Assembly: GCA_029953675.1 (NCBI GenBank) | Contig: JAMWBK010000013.1 | Coordinates: 992,001 to 1,056,000, forward strand | Direction of reading: 5' to 3' | Length of the DNA: 64,000 nucleotides | From: Rhodosorus marinus CCMP1338 | Taxonomy: Eukaryota; Plantae; Rhodophyta | Shown: piece after piece, positions 51,636 through 64,000 of the stretch | How positions within the stretch are numbered: the stretch's first letter is position 1 | Layout: each line of letters starts with the position of its first letter | Notes under the pieces: model-generated | Told to the model about the DNA's origin: nothing | Databases searched by the model: none | What the model saw: the letters and a program-made list of their open reading frames with translations, nothing else | Translations under genes and position numbers: made by a program

Positions 51636-52382
51636 GATTGCCTCACCGTAGCGACTTTGCTCCATGTGGAAAACAGTCTCCAGTTGAACAGCATTACCCG
51701 AATACCGGTAGTACTGGAAACGAACTCAGTTTCGAGGTTTTGCTCGTACGTGCTTTTCGAAATTCGAGAAGGGCGACGCTGTAAGGCCTGGCTAACTGTG
51801 GAGTTCCACCCAATCATGTCCTGCGAGGTGATGAGGGTTTACGACCCGAAGGCGGTCGCGACTCAAAAATAGCGCCCAGAAGTATTGACCATACGCGTAT
51901 CCGCATAGTGCCAGCCAGCACTGGCATTTTCTCAGCAATTGTAGAATAAATTTCTGTTGTAGAGCTAGCAAGTTCATGGTTTGCTCTAGATTTATTGGGA
52001 AGTTAACAACGCCGAGTTGGGTTTCCTACGAGAGGGAAAGGAGAGCGCTAGCAGTCACAAGTCTGTGGAGCAACTTGTGACTGCTAGCCACTCAATGAGC
52101 AAGAACTACCCCGTGCTGACTGGCACTCGCACGCCCACTAAGTGTTTGGTCTGTTTAGATCGTGGACGAGTTGTAACCTAAGGTCCCAAACTAGCTCAAA
52201 TGTAGTAGTGATTAGGGAGATCACGTAAAAACGAAAGGGATCCTTGTTGGAGCATCTGAGCCAGAACCTACCAGGGACGTTGGCCGGAAAGCACCTCATG
52301 TGGGAAATTTCTCAACAGTGTTTTTGCCGTGAAAAAACGGTAATGTCGATACTAAATCGGTAATTGCGTTAAAAATCAGCTC

Positions 52383-52777
52383 TGCGCCAACATATCTGTA
52401 GGGGAATCGTGCGCCACCATATGTGCAGAGGAATCGTGCGCCACCATATGTGTAGAGGAATCGTGCACCAACCTATCTGGAGGGAAATCGTGCACCAACC
52501 TATCTGGAGGGGAATCGTGCACCGACGTATCTGTAGGGGAATCGTGCACCAACATATCTGTAGGGGAATTGTGCACCAACATATCTGTAGAGGAATCGTG
52601 CACCAACATATCTGTAGGGGAATCGTGCACCAACATATCTGTATGAATCATACGCCAACTTCTCTGTAGAGAATCATGCGCCAACTTCTCTGTAGGGAAT
52701 CATACGCCAGCTTTTCTGAAGGGAATCATGCGCCAGCTTTTCTGAAGGGAATCATGCGCCAACACTTCTGTAGGGAA
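52383..52777. repeat. Minisatellite (27/26-bp units), shorter copy, truncated at the duplication breakpoint
   Basis: Same units as 32063-32580, fewer copies, ending at ...ttctgtagggaa|gagggcg. Confidence 0.93.
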
Positions 52778-52937
52778 GAGGGCGATGAAGGGTCAGACCG
52801 ACATGAGTCTTGTATTGACACCCCTCTCTGTCGTCGACAAGATCTGTACTGTCACCGACTACATTCTTTTTTTTTTACAAAAATTGTATCTCAACATCAC
52901 AAGTCACGCAGTGTTTCTCATCTCCGCTTCGAAGGCG

Positions 52938-55900
52938 TCAAAGGGTCTTCGCTTTGACGCGGAAGATATAAGCGAACAAACGGTCTACCGCAAACGACGC
53001 GACGGCATCGATTAAGATCCACTTAACCGTCTCGTAACGAAGCCAAGCGGCGGGCATCTTTACCAGCTCCGCAAAGGCGTTCAGCTCAGGGACGATCTCG
53101 AGGGCGAGCAGGAGCACCACGCAGAAGTTGACTATGAGAGAATCTCTTAGCATCTTATTGTCCTGAAGGCCCTGCATGAATGGATATCCTTTGTAGTTGA
53201 CCGCGAAAACGACAACTTGCTGAGCGGTCGATATGAGGAACACGATGGTATTTAGCACGTTTGGTTGAAAAGCGCCGTTGACATCTGGATCAAAGTCCAT
53301 TGGCAAGTACTGTTTGGCAACCGAAACACACATCGCCAAGCACACCAGGTGAACGGCAAACTGCGCTATCAAAGACAGGAAAAGTGATGGATGGAAGACG
53401 GTTGTCGCCGGTCTCTGAGAGGAGAGCTTTTCCAGAGGCTGCTCATCGATACAAAAAGGGTCGGAATCGTGCTCTCAGTTGTCCGCGAGCCGGGCACGAA
53501 GATGGGTTTGCAAGAGCCAACTTACCTTTGCCCTGGTAATCAGGAAGAATGCACCAGCGATGGCAAGTCCAGAGATTGTCATTTGACGGTCGCCAAACTT
53601 GACGCCGTCAATGTACAAAACGGATAGACCATAAGCCGAGGTTAGGCAATCCAGTGCAAGAATTTGGTACATTTGCAACGTCGTGGCGAGAGTGCATCGG
53701 CCCTGAGGGTGAATGGGGTCCCAAGCAAGAATACCAGTAAGCCTCCCTTCCCGTGGGATAGAGAAGCAAAGTTTCACGTTGGAATGACAGTTAGTCCGTT
53801 ACCTGTCGAATAATCACCGCGCAAGATTCGATGCTCATCTTCTTTGAGGTGAACGGTGACGCAATGGAAGCATCGCCCAGTTTCACCAGCTTTGGACCGT
53901 CCTCACCCATCATCTCGTCCAACTCCTTGAGCTGGGCCTCGAGCCTCTTCTTTAGTTCGCGTTGACGGCGCTCTTCAGGAGTAAGGTGGCTTAGATCTTC
54001 CTCCGGCTCTGGCGGAGGCGCACGTGCCTTTTTCGGGTTAAGCACTCCGCCGTTGGCACTCGAGGTCGACTCTGCCTTCTTCGTCTGTGACCCTGCGGCT
54101 GCCTTCTTCTTCGTCATGGGCTTTTCACTTGTTCTGGTTTTCGTCTTGCGCACTATTTGAGCAGTATTCTCAGGGCGCTGCAACTGCGGGCGCTGTTGGT
54201 TCGTCCCCTGTGTATGTGGGGCGCCCGGCTGTGCGACGAATGAAAGAAGGGCAACGCCAACATGCGACTGTTTTAGGGCTCCGACATCGTTTGTCCCATC
54301 TCCGCACATCAACGTCGTAAAGCCTAGCAAAAGACCATCAAGGTCAGCCACAACGAACACCTGCCATAAGAACACGACCGCATCAAAGTCGGCTTCTGAG
54401 ACAAACCTTGATCCTTCAACTGTGTCAACACTCGTTCTTTGTTTTCAGGGGTCATACGAGCAAAGACCGTTGCATGAAGCACAAGCGCGTTGCGGGCTTT
54501 CTCTGACAAGCTAGTTCCGTCGAACACAAACCCAGGCACTGCAAGATCATATGTCTGAGACAGATCTCGCACCTTGGTAGAGGAGCAATGCAGAGGAATC
54601 AGACACTTGCTTACCCATCTTCGTTCCTGCTGTCCGTCGTCCTTACCTCAGCTAGATTGAAGAGCGAATGCCGATCCCCTGTGCGCGCGGATGACCATTG
54701 CAGTTCTTCCTTCTCCTTCTCTAGAATGAGCGTGCGCTTCCCAACCATGGAAACCTAAAAAAAACGCATCCTCCTTGATAAGAGAAAGATGCCATGGAGA
54801 CCGAGCAAACTTTTCTAATACGGCTACCTCCTTAGCTACGTGGACAGCAGTTAAAACTGCATCTCCAGTAATCATGACCACCTTGTGGCTTGATCTGCGC
54901 AAGTTCTTCACCACTTTCTTCGAGTCTCCTCTCATGGGACACTCAAACGCAACGAACCCAGCAAACACGAGATCTGTTTGTCGGGCGCGAATACGATCAG
55001 ATCTCACGAGAAGCAACAGCTTGGTCCACAAAAATGCTCGTACCTCGTTCAAGCTCCGCTCTTGTCGTCGCCTTCAGCTCAGATGGCGTCTTCGCGGGAT
55101 CGAGATCTTTGTACGCGAGCGCCAAAACCCTAAGGCCTTGTCGAGCCAGGCTTAGCGCCGTAGCATCGTACAGGGGGGGCTTCGGCCCGGCTAGTAACTT
55201 TCCAACGGCCTCAGGCGACCCCTTCACAAGCCCTCGAGGTTTGAATGTCGTGCCGCCTTCTTGTACCTGCAATAAAAATTCAAGACATACTGGTCAGTAT
55301 CCAAGTGCGCCATCGGCTTCCCAAGCAACAGGCTCATGGTGAAGGTGTACCTCAACAATTGTGCTCATCCTCTGAAGACTGGAGAGAAAGCGAAACCTGT
55401 TGAGAATCTTCAATCCATTGCCCGAGCTTCCTTTCCTCGGAAAAGCAGCCTCAGATCTCGAGTAACCCCATTCCACTCCTACAAGCGCGGCAAGCTCAAG
55501 CGGGTCACCCACCAGCTCGTCATCCACAAAGACCAGCGAATGGCACCCGGCGAGCACACACGCTGCGCTGAAGCTAGCCTCGGTAGGCTTTACCAGCGTG
55601 TACTCTTAACGTCGTATAAACCTTTGATTAGATCGATTCTCTCATAAAAGACAGATGTTTTGGCAACCCTTAACCTTACCATCAGCAGCTGCTGGGTCTT
55701 CGTCTCCGGGAGGGAGAGCCACTCCCGCAGCCTAGTCGATCACGAAAGGGGGTTCACACAGGCCGGCTAACGGTCAGCGAGCTAAAGATGATCTGCACCT
55801 TGAGCGAGGGAGCGGACGCAGACAAACCTTTATGTTGTCAGTCGTCAGGGTGCCAGTCTTGTCAAAGCAACAGACGTCCACCTTTCCCGCAAACGGAATT

Positions 55901-57899
55901 CTGAAAGGCTCTGTACAGAAAACCAGCTCCTGCGCCAACGCAAGCAGCGAGGAGTTGACCGCCAGAGCCAATTGCATTGGCAGTTGGGGCGGGATGACTG
56001 ACGTAATGATCAGAATGCAGTGCAAAAGCAGCTTGTACTGGTCGCGGTCCTCGTCCTGCGGATTGTGAAGGCCATAAAGTAAGCTGAAAGCGGGTCCTGT
56101 AACCAGTTGTCCTTCGACCCGTCGCTCACCTCCATTCCCTTGACTAGAACGTATCCGGATGCCACCACGGCGAAGACGAGCAGGAACAGAATAAAGAATG
56201 CTGCCTCCCACGAATCCGCAGATACCTATTTTTTTGGAGATACGGTCATCGCTGAGTAAGTTCGTTGGCTTTGAAATAAGCATACATTTCCGCAGACGAC
56301 ACTCGATGACATTACCTTCTCCGTGGATGCGAGGATAGTCCTCAACAAGACGCCTTGTGAAGAAGAGTACCCTGTTCGAAGAACAAAGCAGACGCAGCCG
56401 TTATCTGGAGCTTTCGATGTCGGAGTTGCGTCTGAAATGGTCGCGGAAGTGTGCGTCAGTATCCGAGTTCCTCCAAAAAGAACGTGTGCTTTGTCCTCGG
56501 AGTTGAGCCGAAGTTCGCGATCAGCGTCCTAGACCACCAAAACATTTCACATGCCTCGTCAGCCATCGAACACTCCTAGGAGCTTAGCAAAGCGTTCCAA
56601 CTCACTCTGTCAGGCAGGGGAGCAATGCCTTCTTTCATGAGCGGTACAGATTCGCCCGTTAGCATGGCCTCATTGACAACCGCTCCTCCGCTCAGAATCA
56701 GACAATCACATGGTACGACCATCTACATGCCAAGGGGAACAACGGTCGAGTACTTCAGCACAGCTTCATTGGGAACAGAGAGGATTCCAAGTGATACACG
56801 TACATCTGGTGTCGACCCTCTGGTAAGCGAGATGATGTCTCCGGGAAGCAGCTCGAGGGAGTTGATGGATACCCACTTCTTATTACGGTAAGAGCTGATC
56901 TTTGATGGTCTGTTCCTCATTCCTGAATGCATTTAGAGAATAAACTTTCCTGTTTAAGCCATCGTGACTCAGGAGAGAGTCTCATTGTCATCTTCGAGCA
57001 CCTCGTAGCTCAGTCAAACTCCGAAGACGGCCCTTCACAACTGTTGCTTCGAAAATCAGCATCATGACAAGAGTCATCGCAAAATACTGCCAGTAGGCGT
57101 CAAGAACCCAGAGAAGGATGCAGAACACCTGAGGAACAGGACGGATAGTCAGCAGAAGGTCTTATATGGTCATCTATGGATGGATTGTTTGGCTCACCTG
57201 AAAGACAAAAAATGGAGATAGAAGCTGCTCCTGGTACAAATCCCAGAACCTTGGCAGAGGAATCTCGATTCTGTTCGTTCCGAAGCGGCTCATGACACGG
57301 AATTTGGACTCTTCATCTAGTCCTCCGGTTTTTCGAGCGTACTCAACGTAGTGCTTAAGAGGAAGGCTATCTGGCGGAAGCAGCTGTATTCGGAGAAGAC
57401 GGGGCAGTATCGAATACTGAGTTTTGGTGTGTTTTTCGTATGAGAATTAGGCAGAAATCACCTGTTCAAAACAGCCTGTTTCTCGATTGTATTCATAGGT
57501 CAACATCTGGAAGCTAAAATGTATTCTCCCGTTATCGATCTGTAGGGTTGTAAAGTCCGCCTTTCCGCGATGCGGGAGTGGGATGGCTCGAACCCTAATC
57601 TTTCCCTCGCTGATATCAGCTTCATCTTTTTCTCCAATGGATTTTAACGTCCCATGCCCAACCGCAACCCGCACCGAAAGGGACCAGTACTGCATCAAGA
57701 ACACCAGGAGGTGCAAAACGACCAACACCACAGCTACGAAGATCTCAAAAAGCCGAGGAATCTCATTCGTAGAGCAGGTCACCGCCCAGCCCAGGTAAAG
57801 AGCGACAAAGGGAAGGAAATCAAGCCTAGCTACCAGGGTCACCGGACGATGCAGGGATAACCCAGCTAGTGCTTCACCTTTCCACTCTGGAAACCCCAT
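52938..57899 (-). CDS. ATP13A1: P5A-type ATPase (SPF1/ATP13A1 family), multi-exon
   Basis: [76 protein letters not shown]; many short GT-AG introns. Confidence 0.93.
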
Positions 57900-59451
57900 G
57901 CCCGCCTCAGCTCAACCTTTTCAAATCACTCACGTCTCAGTTTCAAACATTATTGAAGAGCAAATACAGAGGACCAAAGCTCTTTCAGCGTTTTCCTTAA
58001 TACTCAATTGACCCGATTTCACTTTGGGGGCTCAACTCGTCCTCTCCAATTGCTCCCAAGCACCGTCGATGGTCAACATGGGGAAAAATATGGATGCGAA
58101 CTGTTTACCTCGAACGGGAAAACGCTCAGAGTTTCAATCCTTTCATGTGATACGTGTATCGGTCGCCAAGGACTTGAGCAAGTAGACGCCGATTGGGTCA
58201 GCATGGGTACGATACCGATCGAGAGGAGAGATCAGGAACCAGGTGGGTCAAGTGTCGTGTCGTTTGGTGAAACCGCCTCCGGCGATATATTTCAAGCGCT
58301 TGATCGAATCTGAACCAGATAATTAACGAAAAAAACTCTAAGCAAGCCGAAGATAGGAAACAATTCGAGAAAGTGAAAGTATCAGATCCGCACCATTGCC
58401 GGCACACTCAACAGAGGGGCCGAGGGCGGACACTGTCATCCTTCCGGTCTGCAGCTCTTTCGCAGTACCCGATGGATCCAATTCAATCCATGAGTAAAGC
58501 TGTCAGACTCCTCCGCAACTACCAGTCTTGTCCAAAGGCTGGCGAAGAGACTGAACACTTCAGGCCCCGTTGTTGATTGAAATAGCGACTGAACTACGTT
58601 AAGTTGACTGTTTCAGCTTCACATCGAAACAGCGACCTGGACAACATCTAAACGATAAATAAGGCGATAGATGCTTAGTGAACTAATCGACTCGATATAA
58701 AAAAACAAAGGCTATGTCAAATATATATCTAATAAACATAGTTATTATCCGATAGAGACGATAATAAAGAAAGTATTTAATAGATTTCATGGCCCTCTCG
58801 TGGGAAACACAACAAAGACTAATTTAAGCGATAGTAAAATACTTCTACGGCGCAATCAAATAGAGGTAAACGTATAAGGAAGGAACGCAGTGACAGTCTG
58901 TCTCTAAATGAAGAAAGTTTTAGAAGCCGTACTGTTTAGATTTAGAATATGCTTTGGCATCTACTCAGCCCGAGAAAAGGCTAGAAAAATATTGTAGATA
59001 CGACTTCTATCTGCTTTAGGAGGAGAGCAGATAGGACACAACAAGGTTAAGTGGGGAATAGATTTAACCGTTGTCGTCTAGAGCTAGACTAACTAAAGGA
59101 ATGAGGTTTATTCCTTTGAGAAAAGAAAGTGTGCGGGTATTGGACATAGGGTCTAATAATAATACTTCTGAAACAAGATTGAAACGATAAGGATATAGTG
59201 TATACAGAAATATATCTTGGGAAAAACTAGTTTTTATATTTTTACTATTTTTATGTATTCGTAAATAAATAATTAAGTAGTTATAATATGTTCATTAAAT
59301 TAGTTTTATATGATACTAATAAACATGCATATAGACGTAATGTATTTGAAGTCGTAAGCGTATTATTATAGAGGAAACTACGGCGGATTTTGGCGATGAA
59401 GATATCCGCGATTGGAGAGTTGGGGCTGATTCTTGTTGATGGTGCGTCCTA

Positions 59452-59800
59452 GTGCGTATGTTTGACATTGCTGTTCCGAATCCACAGGCTAGCTTTCATA
59501 TTCCTGCTGCGTGGGAGCTCCGTAGGATGGGAGCTGCCTCTAGCAATGCACATAGTCAAAATGAAGCAAAGCACGGGCGGGCCAAGTCTACCCGAAGGAA
59601 CTCTAGCTACTTCTTTGCCTCCATCGCCTTGAACCTTTGCACCTTGCTTTCTGAGTATTTCCGTTTCCTGGACTCTTCTGGCTGTCGTTGGATCCGTGAA
59701 ATTTCCCGTGAGCGTCCAGATCAGGTCGGCTCTTCTCTCTGTGTAGTCGTCTGAGTTTCGTCTCGTAGCTCACGAACGCTGTCCGTCTTGGTGCTGGAGG
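59452..59800 (+). mobile_element. Degenerate 3' fragment of a CRE-like element
   Basis: FDIAVPNPQAS...EYFRFLDSSGCRWIREISRERPDQ aligns with the ORF2 C-terminus of the young element. Confidence 0.8.
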
Positions 59801-59968
59801 GGGGCGATTTGCGCATCTTAGTAGTCTTCCTTGCGGCTCATTCAGTTGGGGGAGCTCGGTAGGGAAGAGGGCTAGGAGAGGGACAGTTGCTGTTTTTTCT
59901 GGCATTAGTGATTCTTTGGAGAAGGTGTCTTGGTGAGAGAGTCTTGTATTCTAAGAGGAACAGAAAGC

Positions 59969-60746
59969 ATGTTGAGTGTATGGGCTAGACAGGGTGGGGT
60001 GATTGGAAGTCGGCTTCGATGGGTATCGTTGGTAGACGGGAGGAGGTTTTCGAGCGGTCAGGTTGATAAGGAGGAAGAATCGGATCCAGACTTCCAACCG
60101 CAGGTGAAAAAGTCGGCGAGTGATCAGGATGATGTATCTAAAGAGATTGATAAGGTGAGGCTTTCTTCCTGAGCCTCAAGCAGCACTGTGCTTTCCCCAA
60201 ATGAAAGGGAATGGTATTGAAATTCGCATATTAATGAAATCATTGCCTTTTGGTTTGACTAGATCGTGAAGGAAACCCCAGTTGTGCTCTTCATGAAAGG
60301 TCTTCCGTCCGCTCCGCAGTGTGGATTTAGCTACAAAACCGTGCAAATCTTAAACACCCTCGGTAAGAATGGACAACGCATTGGCCTTGGCGGTTCACAC
60401 GACTCTCCAGAAGAACTCAGCGCCCACTCGCCTCCCGAATTCACTAGGCTCCGAGTACCGAGCTTTCAATGTACTGTCCTCAAACGAACTTCGAGAAGGT
60501 ATCAAGAAATATAGGTACGAATTCGAAAAGGTCGCAAGTTTCGTTAATGTCCTCTTTGAAGGATGCTTCCTAAAACGCATACGATCCTCTTTCTCCAGTC
60601 AATGGCCGACAATTCCACAGCTCTTCGTGAAAGGCGAGTTCATTGGCGGCTGCGACATTGTCGAAGGAATGAACTCGAGTGGAGACTTGAAGAAACTTCT
60701 CGACTCTGCGGTCCCTCCCAGTAAAGATGCTGAGCAAAAAAAATAG
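59969..60746 (+). CDS. GRX5: Mitochondrial monothiol (CGFS) glutaredoxin, Grx5/GRXS15-like; exons 59969-60154, 60263-60362, 60448-60514, 60599-60746
   Basis: [42 protein letters not shown]; Arg/Ser-rich presequence; three GT-AG introns (108, 85, 84 nt) restore the frame. Confidence 0.93.
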
Positions 60747-63203
60747 GTAATATATATGCTCTTCCAGAGCAGGTGTTTGAGGATGCGCCTCGGCCAAGCG
60801 ACGGGAGGCAGCTGGGACGACCACGTAGAGGAAGTTGAAGTCAAATTCAGTGATATTCTTGCATAGTAAACCACGCCTGAACAAAGCAGCCATCACTCCT
60901 ATGCTCTGAGAAGGAGCGGACCGAATGCCGGACTAGGTAACAAAGGCGAAATCCTGGACGCTCTCATTTCTTCAAGAAACTATCTCAGGGTAGTTGGGAG
61001 CCCGAGTGAAACAAATTGGTTGCTCAATGTCTTATAACCAACAGCTTCAGCAGCATGATAACCATCAGCTGTTACCGAATACGTATACCAAGGAATGAAG
61101 TTGGAGATTGTTTAAGCAGTACGGAGCACGGAGAGGTTGTTCGTGGCATCAAGTCTATGGTCTTGGAGGCTCCTCCAAATCTAAAACGTGCCAGGAGCAA
61201 GAGGTACCGACATAAGGTCGATTGAAAAAGTTGGCGAACATGCATGCGTAGCGGAACGTTTATTTGTGACATAAGTTTAGAGGTCTTCCAGTATGAAAAT
61301 TCTAACGTGAGGCTTGCATTGTTATGGACATACTACTGACAGGTCAGCAGGTGCTGCGAGAGTTCTCAGGACGTCTTGAAAGCTTTTTTGAAAATGGGTA
61401 CCATGCTCGTGATGTTCTCAATAGTATTCGGGAAGCAAAACTTGTTCTATGTTTCCTCCATGATGCTTAGCTGTCGTGAGTGAATATTTGGATGCGTTCA
61501 AGCAGCCCGCTGGGTCAGCCTGAATGAATGTGTTTACTTGGAGTCAGGACCCGTCCATTCCAAGAGAGAATTCCAAATGCTTGCTTGGAACAAAATAGGT
61601 TTGTCATAAATCGTCCCATAAATCGATGACGATTAGTTATTGAATAAATGTAGACAATTGAAAGGTGGTTGATATTAATTATTCTAAAAAACCCTGTCTG
61701 ATTCCAGTCCGATAAACCCTTTTCGAAAACAAAGCCAAAGTCAATCAACGTTTTGTAATAATCAATCATCTCTGCGGAGTATTGAATCATGATAATGCGA
61801 GAGCCTCCCAGAAGAGTTCTAACAGATTACTTCTCGTTATGACAAGCTGCCACTCTGATATATTGAATTAATTAACGAACAGACAGGCTGTCATAAAAAA
61901 CACATTCTCAGGGTTTTGTTTCAGATTGATGATGATTTCAGATTCTACTAAAGGAAGAGGGGAGCGACCATGGAATCAATGGCGAACCAAGTTCTAGGAA
62001 GGGTCCTCTTCAATTCTGTTTTATTTCTGGTGTGTTCGTCTGACCTGAACTGTCCCAATCGCAAAAGATTACGCTGATAGGAGCGACCACTAGAGATTTA
62101 TCCTTATTCGATGGCAAGAGAGTAGGCGCTGGTACGAGAAGACGGAAGTCTGGTGCTGTGGATGTAGGAATTCTTCCACAGCACCAGAAGCAAAACGAAA
62201 CCCTCAGCATGTGAGGGGCAAACAAGGCGACCGACCAAGGCGGAATCAGCAGCACTGAATCTCCCTAGTATAACCCCGCCGTCCGAATGCATGGCTCAAT
62301 TTCCTTTGCAGTTTAGTCCATATTTTCACCAACTCTCCTAACAAGATAGGTGACCCCAGCTCCTCTGTCTGGTAACTTCAACTATTCCTTACGCTATGGC
62401 TCCCTGGACTTTACGCCCTATAATTGAACAAGCGCAGACGCAAGCGGACCCCTTGTCCCAAAGAAGAAGATGATTGAAATCCTATCAATAGCGGTCATTG
62501 ATTGAAAAATATTAGACGCCAGTAGGGCGCTATCGGACCGATATCATACAAACCTTTGTTTTTATTTCTTGTTCAACCCTGCGCACCATATATCGGACAG
62601 GAGCTTGAAGCAAATTTGGCTAATAATAACGTAATGCACGTCCGATAGACGTTTTATATCAGACGATATCGGACTTTCTTCTTTTCTTATCGGACACATC
62701 GGACAACCCTACCATACATATAAATGCGCCCTGTTCGGCAAATGACTTGTTGCCAGTCAATCAAAATTGGTAGATGGGAATCGTATTTTGCGGGTATTTG
62801 CGCGAGGAGTTGGGATTGCTGTGAGAGTTCACGAGAGCGGAAAAGGCATGGCGCAATTACTACCCCCGTTGGGAGGGGGTGATTTTTTTTCGAGTAAGAC
62901 TAGAAAGGAGGGGGTTTTATGATAAGTTTGCGGGTGAGGGTGGCAGCGCTTGAATGGGGAGAGAGTTGCGGGTGTTGGACATGAGGTAAAGGAGGGGAAT
63001 GTGGTGTGAAGGTGGCGCAGAGGGTTTGGAGAGGAGGGTGTTGTTGTTGGGTGATAAGGCGGCTCTGTTTTTTAGCAGCTGTATCCTCAACAGGATTAGG
63101 GAATTTCTTGTCCTCCGAAGTTGTTTTTGGAGGGTGAGTTTTTTTTTTCTCGTCTGAGTGTTCTTGCGCCGGCGCGTTGCGGGGTCGTTTCTTTGGTGCA
63201 ATA

Positions 63204-63608
63204 ATGGAGGATGAAAATATTGTATTGGATGAGGAGGAGGAGGAGGTGGAGGTTCCTGAACATTTGCATGACTACGTAGAACAGAACAAGAAGCAAATTT
63301 TGTGTCGAAATTGTCGGAGGAGAGTTGCTGAAGGGAAGGACTTGCTCAGGCAGGACGAGGATGCTTACTGCTCGAATGAATGCATGTGGACCACAGCATT
63401 CGGAGGCTGCACGACAAAACGGAAACCAAACAACAGGAAACCTGGGGCGACTAGTATCAGGCCCAAAGGCCCCTCTCTCGTAGAGCGCGGAAAACCGAAT
63501 GTTTCAACATCCGCAGGAGCAAATGGCGACCGAAATGCCATGTACATGTATCATACCTTGATGGGCTCAAGTCTGTTGCAACGGCTTAATCAGGACAAGG
63601 CGAGATGA
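63204..63608 (+). CDS. Small protein with an acidic N-terminus and an FCS-like zinc finger (FLZ/DUF581-like)
   Basis: CRNC-X17-YCSNEC matches CX2CX17-19(F/Y)CSX2C; single-exon ORF from ATG 63204. Confidence 0.7.
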   Translation: MEDENIVLDEEEEEVEVPEHLHDYVEQNKKQILCRNCRRRVAEGKDLLRQDEDAYCSNECMWTTAFGGCTTKRKPNNRKPGATSIRPKGPSLVERGKPNVSTSAGANGDRNAMYMYHTLMGSSLLQRLNQDKAR

Positions 63609-64000
63609 AGGGCTATAAGACGGAACTGCTCACACTTTGCTTCCCAACTTCAATATTTTTTCTCTATTTTCCGATATCTGATTTGTATTCTTCCTGATTC
63701 TATGGCAAACTTCCAACCTTCAATAAACTAGTTTTAATTATGCTTTGGTGCCCAACTAAGCCTGGTGTTTTGAAACGTCCGGACTCTGCCGTTAACCCCA
63801 GGAGCTTCCGCCTCCCGGTTGGGGGATCACTAGACCCTCGTTTCGTAGAATGGACGTTCTAAAGTGGAACCGCTCGCGACTCCACTTTCACCTGCACTTT
63901 ACGGTTGAAGGTCATTTGCTCTTGCTTGCACTTTCTGTTTAGGAGGCGCATTGGAGAACTAAAGTCAGCCCGTTTCGACCTCTTCGATTGAGCTTGCACT

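Larger units (their letters stand above)
41727..52777. repeat. Segmental duplication, copy 2 (pairs with 23129-32562)
   Basis: Same order as copy 1: CRE 3' end, CRE relic, kinase-ANK gene, CRE stub, hairpin, minisatellite. Confidence 0.95.

Overview
Gene-dense eukaryotic nuclear DNA with short GT-AG introns (mostly ~85-110 nt). A unicellular red alga is the best fit, but this is inference only. Housekeeping genes: a class I SAM methyltransferase, an F-box protein, a Kv-like 6TM channel with a non-canonical TGEYP filter, GCN1, a P5A-type ATPase, a mitochondrial CGFS glutaredoxin and a small FCS-like zinc-finger (FLZ-type) protein. Between GCN1 and the P5A ATPase lies a ~30 kb accessory block (23129-52777). 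It is a partial tandem duplication with a period of ~18.6 kb, containing Ty1/copia debris and young and old CRE-like RLE non-LTR retrotransposons. Each duplicate carries one copy of the most striking gene: an MLKL-like N-terminal four-helix bundle, a TKL kinase with intact catalytic motifs, an array of near-identical 44-aa ankyrin-like repeats, and a C-terminal CaaX box (CCVVM). The two paralogues are almost identical outside the array but have 19 versus 32 shuffled repeats. Variation sits at the positions that are randomised in DARPin libraries (D-x-x-G-x...A-x-x). This looks like a rapidly diversifying, membrane-anchored innate-immune or cell-death receptor; the function is inferred, not shown.
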